Shown piece by piece: positions 45,001 to 57,552 of a DNA stretch of 64,000 nucleotides. Each line of letters opens with the position of its first letter. Positions within the stretch are counted from its first letter, which is position 1. Both the position numbers and the translations under genes were made by a program. The stretch comes from Convolutriloba macropyga (taxonomy: Eukaryota): contig NC_134472.1 of the NCBI RefSeq assembly GCF_964194025.1, positions 7,874,001 to 7,938,000 on the forward strand, given 5' to 3'. Under the pieces are notes generated by a model. That model was given only the letters and a program-made list of their open reading frames with translations, was not told where the DNA came from and ran no database searches.

Positions 45001-47070
45001 TCTATTTGAACTATTTTACGGTGCTCATATCGATCAAAAAGCAAAGTTCTTGCACTGCCGCTAACTGTTAGTGTAATTAACAACATTTCAGGAATTCAAG
45101 TGTTTAATTTCTCTCAAGCAAATTATGTAGAAATTATATTAGTTCTGTTGTCTTTGTGATTTTTCGCCTGAACAAAGCTTAGTTTTTCGTCCTCAAAACA
45201 GGATAAATAGGTAAAGCCCGAGGGCATTAAGTGACTGAATGGCGCTCTTAGAGCCTTACGCTTTACAAGTCTCTTAAGTAAGCGATTGACCGAAACTGTT
45301 TAAGAAAGTTTATGGTGTGAAGGAAGGTTTTAAATTTTTACACCTCCCCTCAGTCACCCCAACTGTTATCTTCCCCCTCACCAACACTTCGCAATTTCAG
45401 CCTCCTCCACGGGTGATTTGAACCCCCTCGTACTGCCCTCCGAACCCTACCCGCAGCGCTTGACCCCCCCCCCCCCCCCCCGCCTCCAACGCTTGAACGC
45501 CACTCCTCTCAGTTGCCCACACACCGCTCTCAATCCGCCCACCTAATACTAGCACACCTAAGCCCCAGCTGGCTACGAAAGAAGCCAACTGCTCGCAGTT
45601 CTTCTGAGAGCAATTCGACCGATGCTAGTCGGTAATGTTCTTTTCTTAAGTCCCGAGATTAGAAATCCCAACAAGAGATTACTTCAGTCAATGCTCTCCA
45701 TGTATTCGGTAGACGGTAACCAGGGCTTCGGGGGGCTTATCAACTCTTAATAATCAACTCTTAACTTATTAATATAATATCAAGGTAACCTACTGAGATT
45801 TTGATGAGAAGTTGAATCGTAAAAAAGCAAGAAAAGACGAGACTAATTTAATTATTTTGATGATCTAGTGTCAATTCTCATTTTTCTCACTGAAGTTCTG
45901 TCGCGCTTTTGCATCTAGATGGATTTGGAAGGTTGTACTTGAGAATCTTTGTTCGGTGATGCGTTCGGTCAAGCTTGCCTTGTCAATTACACGAGGTTGC
46001 TTTACAAATAGTCCTTTGGTAGTCTTCTTGGACAAAATATTGCGTCAAGTAACAATATTTTTACATTATTTTATGCTTCTTTGTAAACCTTCTTGATCCG
46101 TCTATAAAGCATTTATAAAAAATTAATTTTTTCAATGTAACCTTTCAAATTGTATCGATTGCCAGTCAAACTGTTTTATGGGCGGCTATTATGAGCGTTT
46201 AATCCCACGGATCGTTGATTTCTTTGGTGCTTATTAATTTATTTCCTTTTCAACGTCTTAGACCGACAAGATTGGGAGTCACCGTTTTGGATTAGAAGAT
46301 ATAAGCAAGGTTAAAATTTTCAAAATATGTGAGAACATTGCTTGAGTGCACATCAATTCACTGCCCAAGGTACTTAGAGGCAGATAAAAAAAATTTATTA
46401 TTTTCGTTAAACTATAAACTAAAAATCAAGTATTTAATGCAATGATTTTCACAGATAATAAAAAAGCAAGTTTTTTGTGGTTGCATAGACATACTGGTTT
46501 TATCATTGCTAACGAATTGATTTTTAACTGTTTCCGAGGTGAAAACAGAAAAACAAATTGTACATATTTTTTGTTAATTTTCTCAAATTTTCTGCTGTGT
46601 TCTCTCCAACAAATTAAATATATCAACCTAATTGTTGATATTGTTAAGCTCAGTGTTCAAACATTTTTTATTACCATTTCTTTGGTAATAAATGAAATGC
46701 AATTTTTGTGTTATGAAGAAACGGTTTGACCGGTTCCTCCAGTGAGCGTGAGATTCTCTCAGCGTTACAATTATGAAAATATCTGACTTGCATATTTTTG
46801 GGCTGAATTGTTCAAAATTACAAGCATAATTTCTTCTGTGAACGCCGGGAGCTTCAGTTGTTGACTTTTACCGAATCAAACTCATTTTGGTTCGCCAAAT
46901 CTAAAGCGCTTCACGCGTGTAATTTATAAAGATGAAAACTGAAGTGGCATTTAACACATCGAAGTTGCTGTTAGCCACATGAACAAGCTGCCTCCATAGA
47001 ATTATATGATAGTAAGATTGCCAAAATGCATCTTGTATAATTTGGCATTTTAAATTTACTTTCAGGTTCA

Positions 47071-47223
47071 ATGCAGGTGTTTGTGAAGACCCTAACGGGC
47101 AAAACCATCACCCTTGATGTGGCCCCGACGGAAACAGTGGAATCTCTGAAGGCACAAATTGAGGCTAGAGAGGGCATTCCATGCGACCAAATTAGGCTTC
47201 TAGCCGCTGGGAGGCAGCTTCAG
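47071..47223 (+). CDS. RPS27A: Ubiquitin-like/40S ribosomal protein S27a (eS31) fusion, coding exon 1
   Basis: [15 protein letters not shown]...RQLQ then donor GTAGGT. Confidence 0.95.
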
Positions 47224-47424
47224 GTAGGTTACAATTTAAATTTCATTTTCCAACCGCTATGAAAAAAGGGCTGAAAATGGTGAACATCTAGCTATCTGCG
47301 CCCTGCGTTTTAATTTAAACAAAATGTTCAAGTTTAATCTATTTTTTCATGAAGGGTTTCTGTTTGAGAAATGATTGCAAGCATTCAGAACTAATAGATA
47401 ATGACCATATTGAATTGATACTTC

Positions 47425-47672
47425 GGATCTTTTCCATTTGTGCTCCTCTCAGCTTCGTAACTTCATACTATTTGCACCCCCAAACGCACGCGTAAAGGCA
47501 CGTGCTCTGTATCTATAGGTGCTTAACCTACTGGGAGCGCAAACGGAAAATTTTCCACACAGATTATAATACAAATCATTTTTAGAGGCTAGATATGCTT
47601 CTTGTTTGGTCAATAGAGACCATTATAAATGCAGAAATACGCAGTAGGTTATCCGCACAAGTTTAAACACTC
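47425..47672 (+). ncRNA. Candidate intronic structured RNA (H/ACA-like)
   Basis: Long stem 47430-47446 paired with 47534-47550, with nested stems; H-box-like AGATTA 47561-47566; weaker second hairpin; ACA at 47667-47669. Confidence 0.3.
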
Positions 47673-47780
47673 ATTGTTTAAGAGGAAAAGGAATTAGATT
47701 CGACAAACTTCCAAATTGGAAGGTGCTTGTGATCAATTTGTTCAACATAGCCGTTAACTGCATAGATGTGGTGTTTATAG

Positions 47781-47918
47781 GATGGTGAGACGTTGGTCGG
47801 GGAGGGTGTAGAGAAAGAGTCAACTGTGTATGTGGTGCTGTCTCTCTTGGGAGGTGGCAAGAAGAGGAAGAAGAAGGTCTACACTACTCCCAAGAAGATC
47901 AAGAAGAAGCCCAAAAAG
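47781..47918 (+). CDS. RPS27A: RPS27A coding exon 2 (end of Ubl, LLGG, basic S27a start)
   Basis: Acceptor TTTATAG; DGETL...[27 protein letters not shown]; GT donor; phase 0. Confidence 0.95.
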
Positions 47919-48320
47919 GTTATCAATCATTCTTGTGTAGTGTATATGCTTAGGTGGGACATATTTGGATCTTTTGTTTTTCCAATTTTATTGCCTTTTG
48001 TGCCACGTGTCAAAACCAGTTCAGAAAATAACCCAGCCCCCAACCCCCCTAACCCCAGTCTAATTTAATTAAGAAAAAGCTGAAATTAAGTTCCGGCCAT
48101 TCAGGTTGAAAACGTTCATGTTCCAAACCTTTTTTTTTCTATTGCTAGGCCATGCTAACTTCAGTTGTTCTCTTTTCGTTAATTACTATTCGGTGTTTCT
48201 CTTCGATATCTAATTCAATTGTGCTTCAACGCCATTTAAAAATTTTGAATTTTTGAGGTGGCATTTCCCAGCAACAACTGTTAGCACTGCTATATAATCG
48301 AATGCGCATTTTGTTCATAG

Positions 48321-48494
48321 GTCAAGCTGCCTGTTCTGAAGTATTACAAGGTAGATGACAGTGGAAAAATTACCCGATTGAGGAAAGAGTGCGAGAGCGA
48401 ATCATGTGGTGCAGGAATCTTCATGGCTAATCACAAGGACAGATACTATTGTGGCAAATGTGCCCTCACTTACGTCATCGATACAAGCAAATGA
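48321..48494 (+). CDS. RPS27A: RPS27A coding exon 3 (C4 zinc ribbon)
   Basis: [57 protein letters not shown]; total 154 aa. Confidence 0.95.
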   Translation, partial: VKLPVLKYYKVDDSGKITRLRKECESESCGAGIFMANHKDRYYCGKCALTYVIDTSK

Positions 48495-49119
48495 TTGAGT
48501 CACGAATTATCAGAAGATGCACTGTTGCTCTGTGCACCGTCAAGGCTGATGTTTTTATTGACCAGTGGTGGTAAACATGACCAGGTGCATATTGTTGCTG
48601 TTTGGAAATGACAACGCGAAATTCTCATTATGTTAACGATTTGATCATATGGTTTTCATTGTTGAATTTGAGAGATTTTGTGTATCAATTCAAGCAGTTA
48701 TCAGTCATTTCTTTTTCAGTTTTCCAGGCTATATTTCTATGATATCATAATTGAATGTAAAAGTACATCGTCCTCCACTCGTAGAAGTAAAAGCAACCCA
48801 GGCATTGAAAAAACCTTTATTAGATGTCTGCTATGCGATAGGTTCTCATTTGCCGGCGTAGATTGCGAGATTGTTTTTCTAGTTGCTCTGAATTTGCTGT
48901 AATGTTGAGGATAGTTTCTATGGAAACGTTCAGCCTGCACAAGAGTTTGATTTTTAAGCATATGAAGCATCATCGCTGTTTTCAGTTCACATACTTGGTT
49001 TTTCTTAAAAAAAAATGGCGCTGTATTTGTTCGAAGTCGCTGCTTATGAAGCTTTCACCGTTTAGTTTTGAAATTTTATCGCAATTGATTATTGTCTTTA
49101 ATACAATTTTCAGACAGCA

Positions 49120-49440
49120 ATGGGTAAACAGTCATGGAAGAGCAAATCGACGTTTAACAAATTCTCGAGCCTCAAGGTCAACAGTGCCTTTCACTCGACA
49201 TGGGAAAAGAAAAAAGAGGAAAATGACAGACAGAAACAAGTGAAGCAGATGGAATTAGAATTGAAAGAGCAAGCACAGAAGGAGGAAGAGGCCAGAAAGG
49301 AAAAACGCCGCAAGAAAATCCAACAGAAGAAAGTCAATGAACAGAAATCAATGGTTGTTCAGCCGATCACAAACTCGAAAAAATTGAAGAAGTTGACTAA
49401 AAAGCAAAGAAAACAGCTTGTAATGATGGCCACGGCTTAA
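49120..49440 (+). CDS. CCDC86: Cgr1-family / CCDC86 ribosome-biogenesis coiled-coil protein (106 aa)
   Basis: SWK..., STWEKK, NEQKSMVVQPITNSKKLKKLTKKQRKQL match the Cgr1 family pattern. Confidence 0.85.
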   Translation: MGKQSWKSKSTFNKFSSLKVNSAFHSTWEKKKEENDRQKQVKQMELELKEQAQKEEEARKEKRRKKIQQKKVNEQKSMVVQPITNSKKLKKLTKKQRKQLVMMATA

Positions 49441-49596
49441 GTTTTTATCATCTTAAAGAAGTGTTTGTTTAAGTTTTAGTTCTGACATTTGATTCTGCTC
49501 GTCCATTTTTCGCTTGATCTTGATCCTTTTTATTGAACAGAATTCTCGTCGGTTTTTCAAAGTAAATTGTGTTTCATGATTGATTTCAGATTATTA

Positions 49597-50176
49597 ATGA
49601 CGTCGAAGGAAAGTGTGATTTCAAATACTGTCAAAGCAGCCAAAAATGAATCTGTCTCTAATTTCAGAAACCGAAAGAGGGAACGATCATCATCTCCGAA
49701 GTACAAGCGAAAAGTCACGTCAAGTTATGTCGACCTCAATGGTTCCGAAAGTGACTCCGAGTATTCAAGCTTGTCATCAAGAAGTTCCTCAAGTCGAAGC
49801 AGTTCGTCAAGTAGTCGATCAAAAAGTCGCGAGAAGAGACAGAAGAGAGTTTATAAGACTCCAGAACGCAAGCGCAATTTTCCTAGTCAGAAAACACCGC
49901 CACGAAGAGTGTCAAAGAACCAAGTTCGAAAAGCTAGCAAGGAATCAAGTTTGCCAAAAGCGTATCAGGATTCTCTTGGACCTAAGCAGGCGTTGGCTAG
50001 AAGCAGACATATGAAGAGAATTCAGTACGCATTGAGTCCGATATCGGGTAGGAAGCTGTATCCCCTTGAGAAGAGTAAAAGCAATCAGCCTACCTATGCA
50101 TCTTCTGGTCAGATGGGGTGTCGTGTTACGACGAGTGGAATCAAATACACGTTTCTGTTAGAGAAAGTGCTTCAAG
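49597..50176 (+). CDS. Unknown Ser/Arg/Lys-rich protein, exon 1 (predicted 480 aa with exon 2)
   Basis: Acceptor TTTCAG 49589, ATG 49597, open frame to donor G|GTAATC; phase 1 matches exon 2. Confidence 0.65.
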
Positions 50177-51146
50177 GTAATCAACGTGACTCGAATTTTT
50201 CAATTCCAGATACGTTCAAAAGCTTCTTCAAAATCAGAAATTTTTCGATTTTTGTCAATTACGTAACAATTTATGATGCGTACATGAAGTAAATTTTTTC
50301 TTTCCATTCTCGTCCTTTACTGTTATTATAATAGTTCTTTATCTCTGCGGAGAAGGTAAATTCGTTTTGCAGCTCTGACTGTATTGACGAAATCTGTATC
50401 ACCACAAAGTTCAGGAAAATCGGGTTCCAATTTTTTGTATAAGTTAGAGAATTTGAGTGTCTTTAACCTTTTCACGTATGAGGAATGGGAATGCGATTTA
50501 AAATTACCAGAGGGCAAGGAACCTCGATAAAGTCCGTTTGCAAATAATGTTACGACACCGCTCATCAACGATCTTGGCTTTATTGTGTAGCAAATCAAGC
50601 AGATATACAAAACTTTCAACATAATACGAAGTATTGAATTCACCATGATTGATTCTCAATAAAGGACCGACATGTATGCCAATGAGCTTTATTCTTTATT
50701 TCTCCAGAAGGGACAAAAATTGAACAGAGCAAAAGATAAAATCAAGTTTAAGAAATTTCGAGCACAAAAATTAAGCTAACGCCTAATTTATCAAACAAGT
50801 GAGATTGTGAAATCCGATTTCAAGCACTACTCTCTTTCGTGTAACATTACCTTAAGTATCTAACTCGGGCGACATCTATTTAATATTGATGAAAGTTTGG
50901 ATTATCAATTTATATTTATTACGTTGATGCAGATGTCATTTTGAGTGAGGTAACGCATCCATTCTGAATAGTTATACCATTTAATTAGCTCATAAACCCT
51001 TTAAAGACTTTTAGAACTCTATAAAACATGACTTCGCGCACGCAAAATGAGCTGCTGTTTGGTAGAAGTCATCAAAAAATTCGTTTTTGGGTTTCTTGGC
51101 GAGTGATCAGATAGTCCTAACATAAATCGAGGCGAACTATGAAAAT

Positions 51147-51457
51147 GCCCCGCCACCCCCCATTTCCGAGTCGGAGAAGAAGCTTCCCAGGAGTACTAGA
51201 GTCAAGCTCGCCCAACTACGAAGTGGCTATAGCAAGTTACTGAATTCGTACATGTCAAGAATCGACCCCGAAGTGCGTGACGTCTGCCCAGATTGCCAAG
51301 AGAGCCCGCATGGCATGAAACATCTATTCGAGTGCAAGAAGAAACCCACCCACCTCACGATCGACAGCTTATGGTTGATGCCTATCGAGGCCGCGTCCTT
51401 CCTCGGGCTCTAAAGGCATACCTACTGACGCCGAAGTCGACCCCTGAGGGCTACAAC
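51147..51457 (+). mobile_element. 5'-truncated non-LTR retrotransposon 3' end in an intron
   Basis: LAQLRSGYSKLLNSY...CPDC...HLFEC...SLW...FLGL*; (CAA)n tail; 12-bp TSD AACTATGAAAAT at 51135-51146 and 51458-51469. Confidence 0.9.
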
Positions 51458-52678
51458 AACTATGAAAATTGAAAAAATATAGGGACAAGTCCTCAGTAAA
51501 GACTCAAAGAAATGAAGAACTAATGATTCGGATGCCCATATTTTGATTGTAACAAAAAGCAAGCCTTTTATAGTGAACAAACGAATAACCCTGCATACTC
51601 GAAAATAAACTAAGAAAGCCTAAAAACTTCAAAAAATTGGAGGTATTAAGAATTTTGAATCAAATGACTTTTCATTACGTGCTCTTATAAAACATAAACC
51701 ATCTTTATGGATAAACATCGAGAAACAAAGCCAAGAGATGAAAAATAGACAATGGCAAAGCTGAAATTGGTTTTAATCACCGGAGTAAAGTTTAAGCACT
51801 CGTAACAATACATCAGGACCTAACACTGTTTTTAGTACATTTTTCGTACAATATATAAATCAGAGAGCCTATGGGATCTGTTTCTATCCAGACGGAAAGC
51901 TGTTTAGGCAATTCAAGAACGCTGTCGCTTTATTGCGACAATGTTCGAAAATCAGCACAATATCATGCCCAACAATCAGTTTGAGAGCTAGCAACCAAGT
52001 ACATTCTCTTGTTTTGCCAAATACAGATGGGAACTCTTTGTAATGAGAATAAGTTGCATGTCGACAAAAAGAGCAATATAAAGGGGGCAAAGTTTAAAAA
52101 TTCGTGGAACTTTTTGAAAACAAATTGTTGAGATATAAATTTTGAACTATCAACTTCAAAAATTATAAAGGGTCAGTTTTTCGTGTTTAGACCTGTAAGC
52201 AATTAGACCTGTAAGTGATTTAAAAAAGACTACAAAAAGTAAAATAACAGGCAAAACTCAAAATATCTACGAATACACACTGTTATCGCTACAGATGAAA
52301 CATTAACTCAAAACATTGAATAGGTTATTTAAGACCTCAAAAACTTCGAGGGGGACCTCTACCTGTCATAATGAGACTAAAAGAGAATCAAAATGCGGTC
52401 AAAACTAATAATATGTTTCGAATACAGTGTACGAAAAAACTACTCACTCCTCTCTGATTATGCAAAAATGCTGCCAGTCTTCTGATTATATTATCAAATA
52501 TATCAGTCGAATGTTACATTCTGTTTGATATCAGTTTCTGACAGTAATCGGTAATGTTGATTTGATCATGCATACTATTTTGACCGCAAAATGGCTTATT
52601 TGTTTGTTTTTAGAATTAATCATTACTAACGATTGCTTGTTTGGTAGTCTAGTTTGTATACATGTTGATTTTTTTTAG

Positions 52679-53541
52679 CTCAACTGAACTCAGCAGTTGA
52701 AACTTCATCAAGGAACAAGCAATTGCCAACTACACAGGTGACTGAACATGAAAAGCCAGGGCCTGATTTGGATCCTAATTCATCTTACCCAAATACCCTA
52801 AGCAGCAGTAATGATAGCAACAATAACAAAGAGCTGCAACCTGCAAGGGAACAGAAAAATAAGAATGAGATTGAAAAACCTGAAAAGATCAAGGATGTCG
52901 CGGTAATGTTGCAGTCCGTATTTAAAGGCTCGAGAGAAGAACTTTCGGCTTCCGAACGAGGTATTCGTGGAACTGTTGAAAGTGAAACTGGTGTGAAATT
53001 GAATGCCAGTTGTGAAGAATCATCTCTACCTTCAAGTGCTCCTGTTGGGCCCAACTACAATCCAGCGTTTCTCCAAAAATCATCCCATTTACCTCAAAAT
53101 CAGGGTTTAGTTACGGGATACCATGTTATTCCTCATCAAATGTCTTTTTGTACAACAGAATTAGGAAACTCTAGAATCTTGGGTTCTCAACAAGTGAAAG
53201 CTGAAACTATCCGAGGACAGGCGAATGTTGCGACAAATATGCATCCAGTTTTTGGTGCTGATAAACTGTTCCACCCCAACATGTTGAACTCCACTCACCC
53301 AGCGTTTGGATTAGTGCACCCTTTCGTACCTTACGGACAGCAGTGCTTTCAGACAATTCCAAGAATGTGTCAGGGTCCATGCTGCAGACATCATTTCCCT
53401 CTTTATAGTCATGCAGTGCATGATGTTGGGCATAATGTCGATATAGAAAATCGGAGAGTGCCTGAAAACAAATATACGACTGAACATGTGACATCCGATG
53501 TTGCCCAAAAGTCTGCTCAAAATTCAACTCAAGAGGAATAG
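52679..53541 (+). CDS. Unknown protein, exon 2
   Basis: Acceptor TTTTTTTAG 52678; long open frame in phase with exon 1; no recognisable domain. Confidence 0.65.
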
Positions 53542-54077
53542 TGCGACAGAAACGGTTGCCTTTTTGTTCCGGAATTCTGTATAGTTGTTAGAACTTTTAC
53601 GTTATGTTAAAATGTACATTGTAAAGTTGTTGATAACCGTTCATGTTCAAATATTTGTTGATGTTCAAATTTGGGCTTGGCTTTGAAAGCTTTTGATTGT
53701 TCTTTTGTTAACTGAAATGACTCAATTTGATGCGATGGGCTTGTGAAATCGACTACTTCAAAAATTTGTTAACTCTTGTTAATATTTTATATTAACAATA
53801 AGAACAACTATTTTTTGCAGATTAGATGACTTCATTTGTTCTGCAGTTGACGGGTAATAGAGAAAGATTGAGTCATATTGTTCATTTGCTTATTGTTTTC
53901 ATGGTTTAAATTAAATTGTTCATCCAAAAAACTTTTTGCGCTGTGATTTCGTTTAAAGCAATTTGACTTTTCCGGTATTAGCTCAGGTGATGGAAAGTTG
54001 AATTTCAGATAGTTTTTGTTTAAGTATTGAAGCCCTTCAAAGTAGTAGAGTTAGGAGGAGTGCTAGTAGTACTTGAA

Positions 54078-54369
54078 ATGAACCCAGAACTAGAAGTCAG
54101 GACGGCTGTGGATGACGAAAATTCAACTAAACAAGATAGGATGAAAAAACAAACAAAACCATCTCAAGCTATCAGACGTGTTTTCCGAGAAGTGTCCAAT
54201 GAAACTGCACATGCTGTGAACGGCAATAGCAAAGCTTTGAGGAGTTCTGAGAACATTGCGAGGAAAATTGGAAAAGTGTCTGAAAAGGGAACAAGTACCG
54301 AGGATTTGCCCGAGAAAAAATTTCTTTGTGATAGATGTCAACAGAATTTTTCTCATGACTATGATGAAG
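54078..54369 (+). CDS. GMNN: Geminin-family protein, exon 1 (D-box-like RRVFREVSN)
   Basis: ATG 54078 after acceptor TTTCAG 54008; donor G|GTTGGT; phase 1 joins 57269 to give GAT. Confidence 0.6.
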
Positions 54370-56762
54370 GTTGGTTATTAGTGAATGTGTTTCTTTTGTG
54401 TTTAGCAAAACAAACTAAAAAATAAAAGACGATACGACACCAATTTTTAAACAAATTGCCAAACTTAGAAAAGTTTTGTAAATTTCATCCCGGAATATGT
54501 TCAGTCCAAATTAATGATGTTTGGTGCTAGTTAGAAGCATTACTGTTGTCATTGTGATAAAATAGTACGCGGCTAATTTTTCTCCAAAGGGTGCCATAGA
54601 TCATCTTTAAAAATTACGGCTTCAAAATCGGTTTCCTCGTATTTTATCTGCACAACAGAACGTTGTAAGAAAACAGGCCGGTTACATCTTGTTCGCAACT
54701 TCAAATACTTAGGAGAAAATTTGAACTAAAAAATTACTGTGCATTATTTTACTGGTCTTTGGAGAAATTATGAAATTTGGTATCTTTTCTTCGAAGTGAA
54801 CTTTTACTTTGATTCATGAGATCTTTATTAATAACCACTAAGTGATAGCTGGGGGTATTTCTGGCCACTTTCCGGGTCGAAGAGGAGTATTGGTTTTCTC
54901 GATGTTTTTATCCTGAAGTAGATTTACACAGGCGGCGTTGTGATCTAATAGTGGAACAGTAAAATTTTTATCTAACTTTGTCTGAGCAATACAAATTTTT
55001 TGCTCATGCACTGCTTTGAGTGAATGAATGACTTTTCTACTTGAAAAATAGTTTTCGAGAGAATAGCGCAAATCGATTAAAGATTTTCTTCTCGCCATTT
55101 AGCTCAATTTATTTTGCTTGTAATTATTTTTATTGTAAATTCTTTTTGAATCGTCGCTTCATCAATATATAACCCTCTGCAATTGAGAATACAATGTTTT
55201 TGAGAGCCAAATAATAGGTTCAAAGAGCAAAATTGCTCATATTTCTCCATTGTGTAGTCTACATCAGTTTTTTCCAGTAGATCAATTTTCAAAATTATGA
55301 AGATGCCTCTTTGTTACTATTTTTTATATGTTTGCGTAATCAGATCCTTGTAGTATTTGGCCATGTTTTTCAAAATGTCTGTTTTAAGCTGTTATCATAA
55401 CCTATGGTTTTTAAAACTTTTCCATTTATGCGTTGCAGAAAGAAAATTATTATATTCCTTTTTCTTCATTTTTTTTCAGTTTTGTTTTGAGTTGATTTCA
55501 TTGAACGTATTGCGGCTGAGAATAAGTTGGAACTGCTTTTTAAAAAAAAATGTCTGCTATTTGTTACATATATGTACACCGGTATTTTTTTCTGAGAAGT
55601 ATTTCCCGCCTAGGTTTTGGTAATAAATTATTTCTCTATTTTAAAACTGTTTCTTTTGACTTTTTGTAATAAAATATAATTTTCCAAAGTTTGAATTCAT
55701 TGTAACAGGTCATCTCCGACAAAAGAGAATTATTGTTAAGTTTTCGTCAAAGTGTTGGGTTGTGAAGTTCAGAATTTTTTTGGGTGAGAATTTTGTTGTC
55801 TAATCAGAGCAGCAGTTTGATAACGTTATGCAACTGTTTTAATCGCTGTTAGTTAAGCGAGAGTTAATTAAATTATTAGCACACGGTTGATACGGTCCTC
55901 TCGAAGTTATTCACTTACTCGGCTTAGCCTTAGAGTTTGATAACTTCTCGTTGGCAATAGCAACCGTGTGGGAATATTATCACACTGTTGCCATGACTAG
56001 ACTACGAGTTTTCACACTTTTATCGCCTCTGTTTATTCATTGACAGTGGCGATAAAAGAGTGTGATAATCTCGTAGTCTAATAACGAAGCAGATTTCGTA
56101 GTTTTTATTGGAAGATAACGGGTTATTTTTACGGTAAGTGATACAACTGTTGTTATTGCAACGAGAGTTGGTTGAAATTTTAACACCATCTCAATGCTAG
56201 AAAAATAGCTCAACACTGAGTTTGCTATCAGACTAGCAAGTTCTGCCATAGTTGTATCGTAGGAAGTGCGAAGTGAAGAGTGGCATATTTTTGTAGCCTA
56301 ATCAACTCGATATTTGCGAAAGTTGTTGAACTATTGTTTCATCACACAACGATTTGATTACTACATTACCACATTGTTTTTTGTCTCTCAATCTGATGCA
56401 AACCTGGGTTTCGCCTTGGAGTTTGATAACTTCTCTATGGCGATGAAAAATGTGCCGTAATTTTAGTATTACCTCTTCACTCAAGCGGATTGTTCTTTAC
56501 CGCGCTCTGAAGAAATGGCTATGGTATTAAGATTTTAAAATTCACAATAGCTAATCAATTGTAATTAATTTTCGGTTGTATCATAATTAGTGTAGTTTCC
56601 GCAATTAACTTAAAAATTCGGGTGCGCTTTTAATGTTTTGTATCTTAAATAAATTCATAGTGTCACAACGTTCATAGTATTCCACGGAGCTGAACGAAGC
56701 TAAGCAATCGATCCTCTACACTAGCTCTGTAGACTACCTTTGAAATTGAGATAATGCGCATT

Positions 56763-57176
56763 GGTGTCACGCTTTTTCACCCCTATTCATTTAACCCCCT
56801 ATCATTTAACCCCGATTTAATCGCCCCTGTATCATTTAACCCCTCTATCTTTTAACCCCTCTATCCTTTCACCCCGATTTTAATCTTTCTATAAAATAAA
56901 GATAATTAAATAAGCAATATAATCATTTGGCCATGCTTCGCGGGCCATGGCCATGCCTCAGCGGCCCGTGGGACTTGATATGAAACTATCACAACCGAAC
57001 GTTGGATTAATTTATCCACCTTATAATGACAAAAGATGCCTTTAATGTCGACTTCTAAGTGACGGGATGAAATGATAGAGGGGTGAAATGATAGAGGGGT
57101 TAAAAGATAGAGGGGTGAAGAAATCGGGGTTAAATGATAGGGGGTTAAATGAATAGGGGTGAAAAGAAGTAGAACC
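56763..57176. mobile_element. MITE with long repeat-containing TIRs in the geminin intron
   Basis: Arms TTTTCACCCCTATTCATTTAACCCCCTATCATTTAACCCCGATTT and its reverse complement; 8-bp near-TSD TGCGCATT/TGCGCAAT. Confidence 0.85.
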
Positions 57177-57268
57177 TGCGCAATGGTAACTTAATCAGAT
57201 ACACTATTGTTATTTGTTAAGGTACCTTAGATATTTTGTTCAATTATTAAAGATTCGCTGAATTTTAG

Positions 57269-57552
57269 ATGTGGAAGATCTTGAAAAACTTCTAACGTCC
57301 GATGAATTCAGTCAGGAGGACAGTGAGAAGTACTGGGAAACAGTTTGCGATTCTACCCGGGAATGTCTGAAAACTGCATTAGAGGAAAAAGAACAAATAG
57401 CGACAGAATTACAAAAGGAAATTAATAAAATTAAATCATTGGAGAAGAAAATTATTATTTTAGAAGCGAAAATGGATGTTTTGAAGAAGTATTTAAAGTC
57501 AGAGCTCGGAATTGATGAATTAGAGTTTTCTGACTCAGATGATGAAAGCTAA
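57269..57552 (+). CDS. GMNN: Geminin-family protein, exon 2 (coiled coil); total about 191 aa
   Basis: SEKYWETVCDSTRECLKTALEEKEQI resembles geminin [23 protein letters not shown]; acidic tail. Confidence 0.7.

Noticed and set aside
45340-45740. GC-rich island with poly-C (SINE or LINE 5' UTR?)
   Set aside because: No tRNA boxes, TSD or ORF that I can support
47224-48320. Telomerase RNA in RPS27A introns
   Set aside because: No convincing 1.5-repeat template or pseudoknot
50326-50646. 106-aa minus-strand ORF, plus short ORFs at 54838-56484 and 60467-60793
   Set aside because: Intronic with no clear domains; probably chance or very decayed LINE debris
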